From NCBI GenBank assembly GCA_052168235.1, contig JBQLZK010000011.1, positions 95,010 through 131,542 on the forward strand: a stretch of 36,533 nt of DNA. Direction: 5' to 3'. A program made the translations under genes and the position numbers. Shown here one piece after another: positions 36,441 to 36,533 of this stretch. Source of the stretch: Thainema sp. (GTDB lineage Bacteria; Cyanobacteriota; Cyanobacteriia; Phormidesmidales; Phormidesmidaceae). The notes under the pieces were generated by a model. That model was not told the origin of the DNA. It did not search any database and saw nothing but the letters and a program-made list of their open reading frames with translations. Each line of letters begins with the position of its first letter. Positions within the stretch are counted from its first letter, which is position 1.

Positions 36441-36533
36441 ATACTCAATCAGCCAAACAATTCTGCCAAACAATAGTGTGATGGGAACCTCGATTAATTG
36501 AGGTTTTGGGACAAGGGTGTCTCATTTGAGACC

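Overview
Chromosomal window from a cyanobacterium, probably filamentous and Leptolyngbya-like. Evidence: more than 40 HIP1 (GCGATCGC) sites counted by eye, plus psaM, ntcB-cnaT, patD and gvpG. It has three parts. (1) 1-2.2 kb: accessory left edge with the AT-rich 3' part of a KAP-family P-loop NTPase, and a small hypothetical gene whose long 5' leader is overlapped by a predicted antisense sRNA. (2) About 2.7-25.8 kb: core genes (DoxX, pentapeptide protein, MnmC-like methyltransferase, URC1/URC4 pair, patD, cnaT, ntcB with a canonical NtcA promoter, DUF4327, cupredoxin-like lipoprotein, cupin, phoU, psaM, alr, HNH, PG-binding/HEAT protein, DMT transporter, sppA, WD40, gvpG, alaS), with several long palindromic REP/MITE-like elements between them. 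(3) About 26-36.5 kb: accessory island upstream of alaS (CcbP, DUF6429/UPF0158 fusion, Uma2, a 1519-aa NACHT-WD40 protein, a membrane protein, AlkB, two paralogous small peptidoglycan-binding proteins). The most striking unexplained signal is in the island. Six intergenic gaps carry a roughly 70-bp pseudo-palindromic element made of 9-bp boxes (consensus about TGAGWCTCA) at fixed 12-21-21-12 bp spacing. These elements divide the island into one- or two-gene units, like a cassette array. No recombinase gene is visible in the window.
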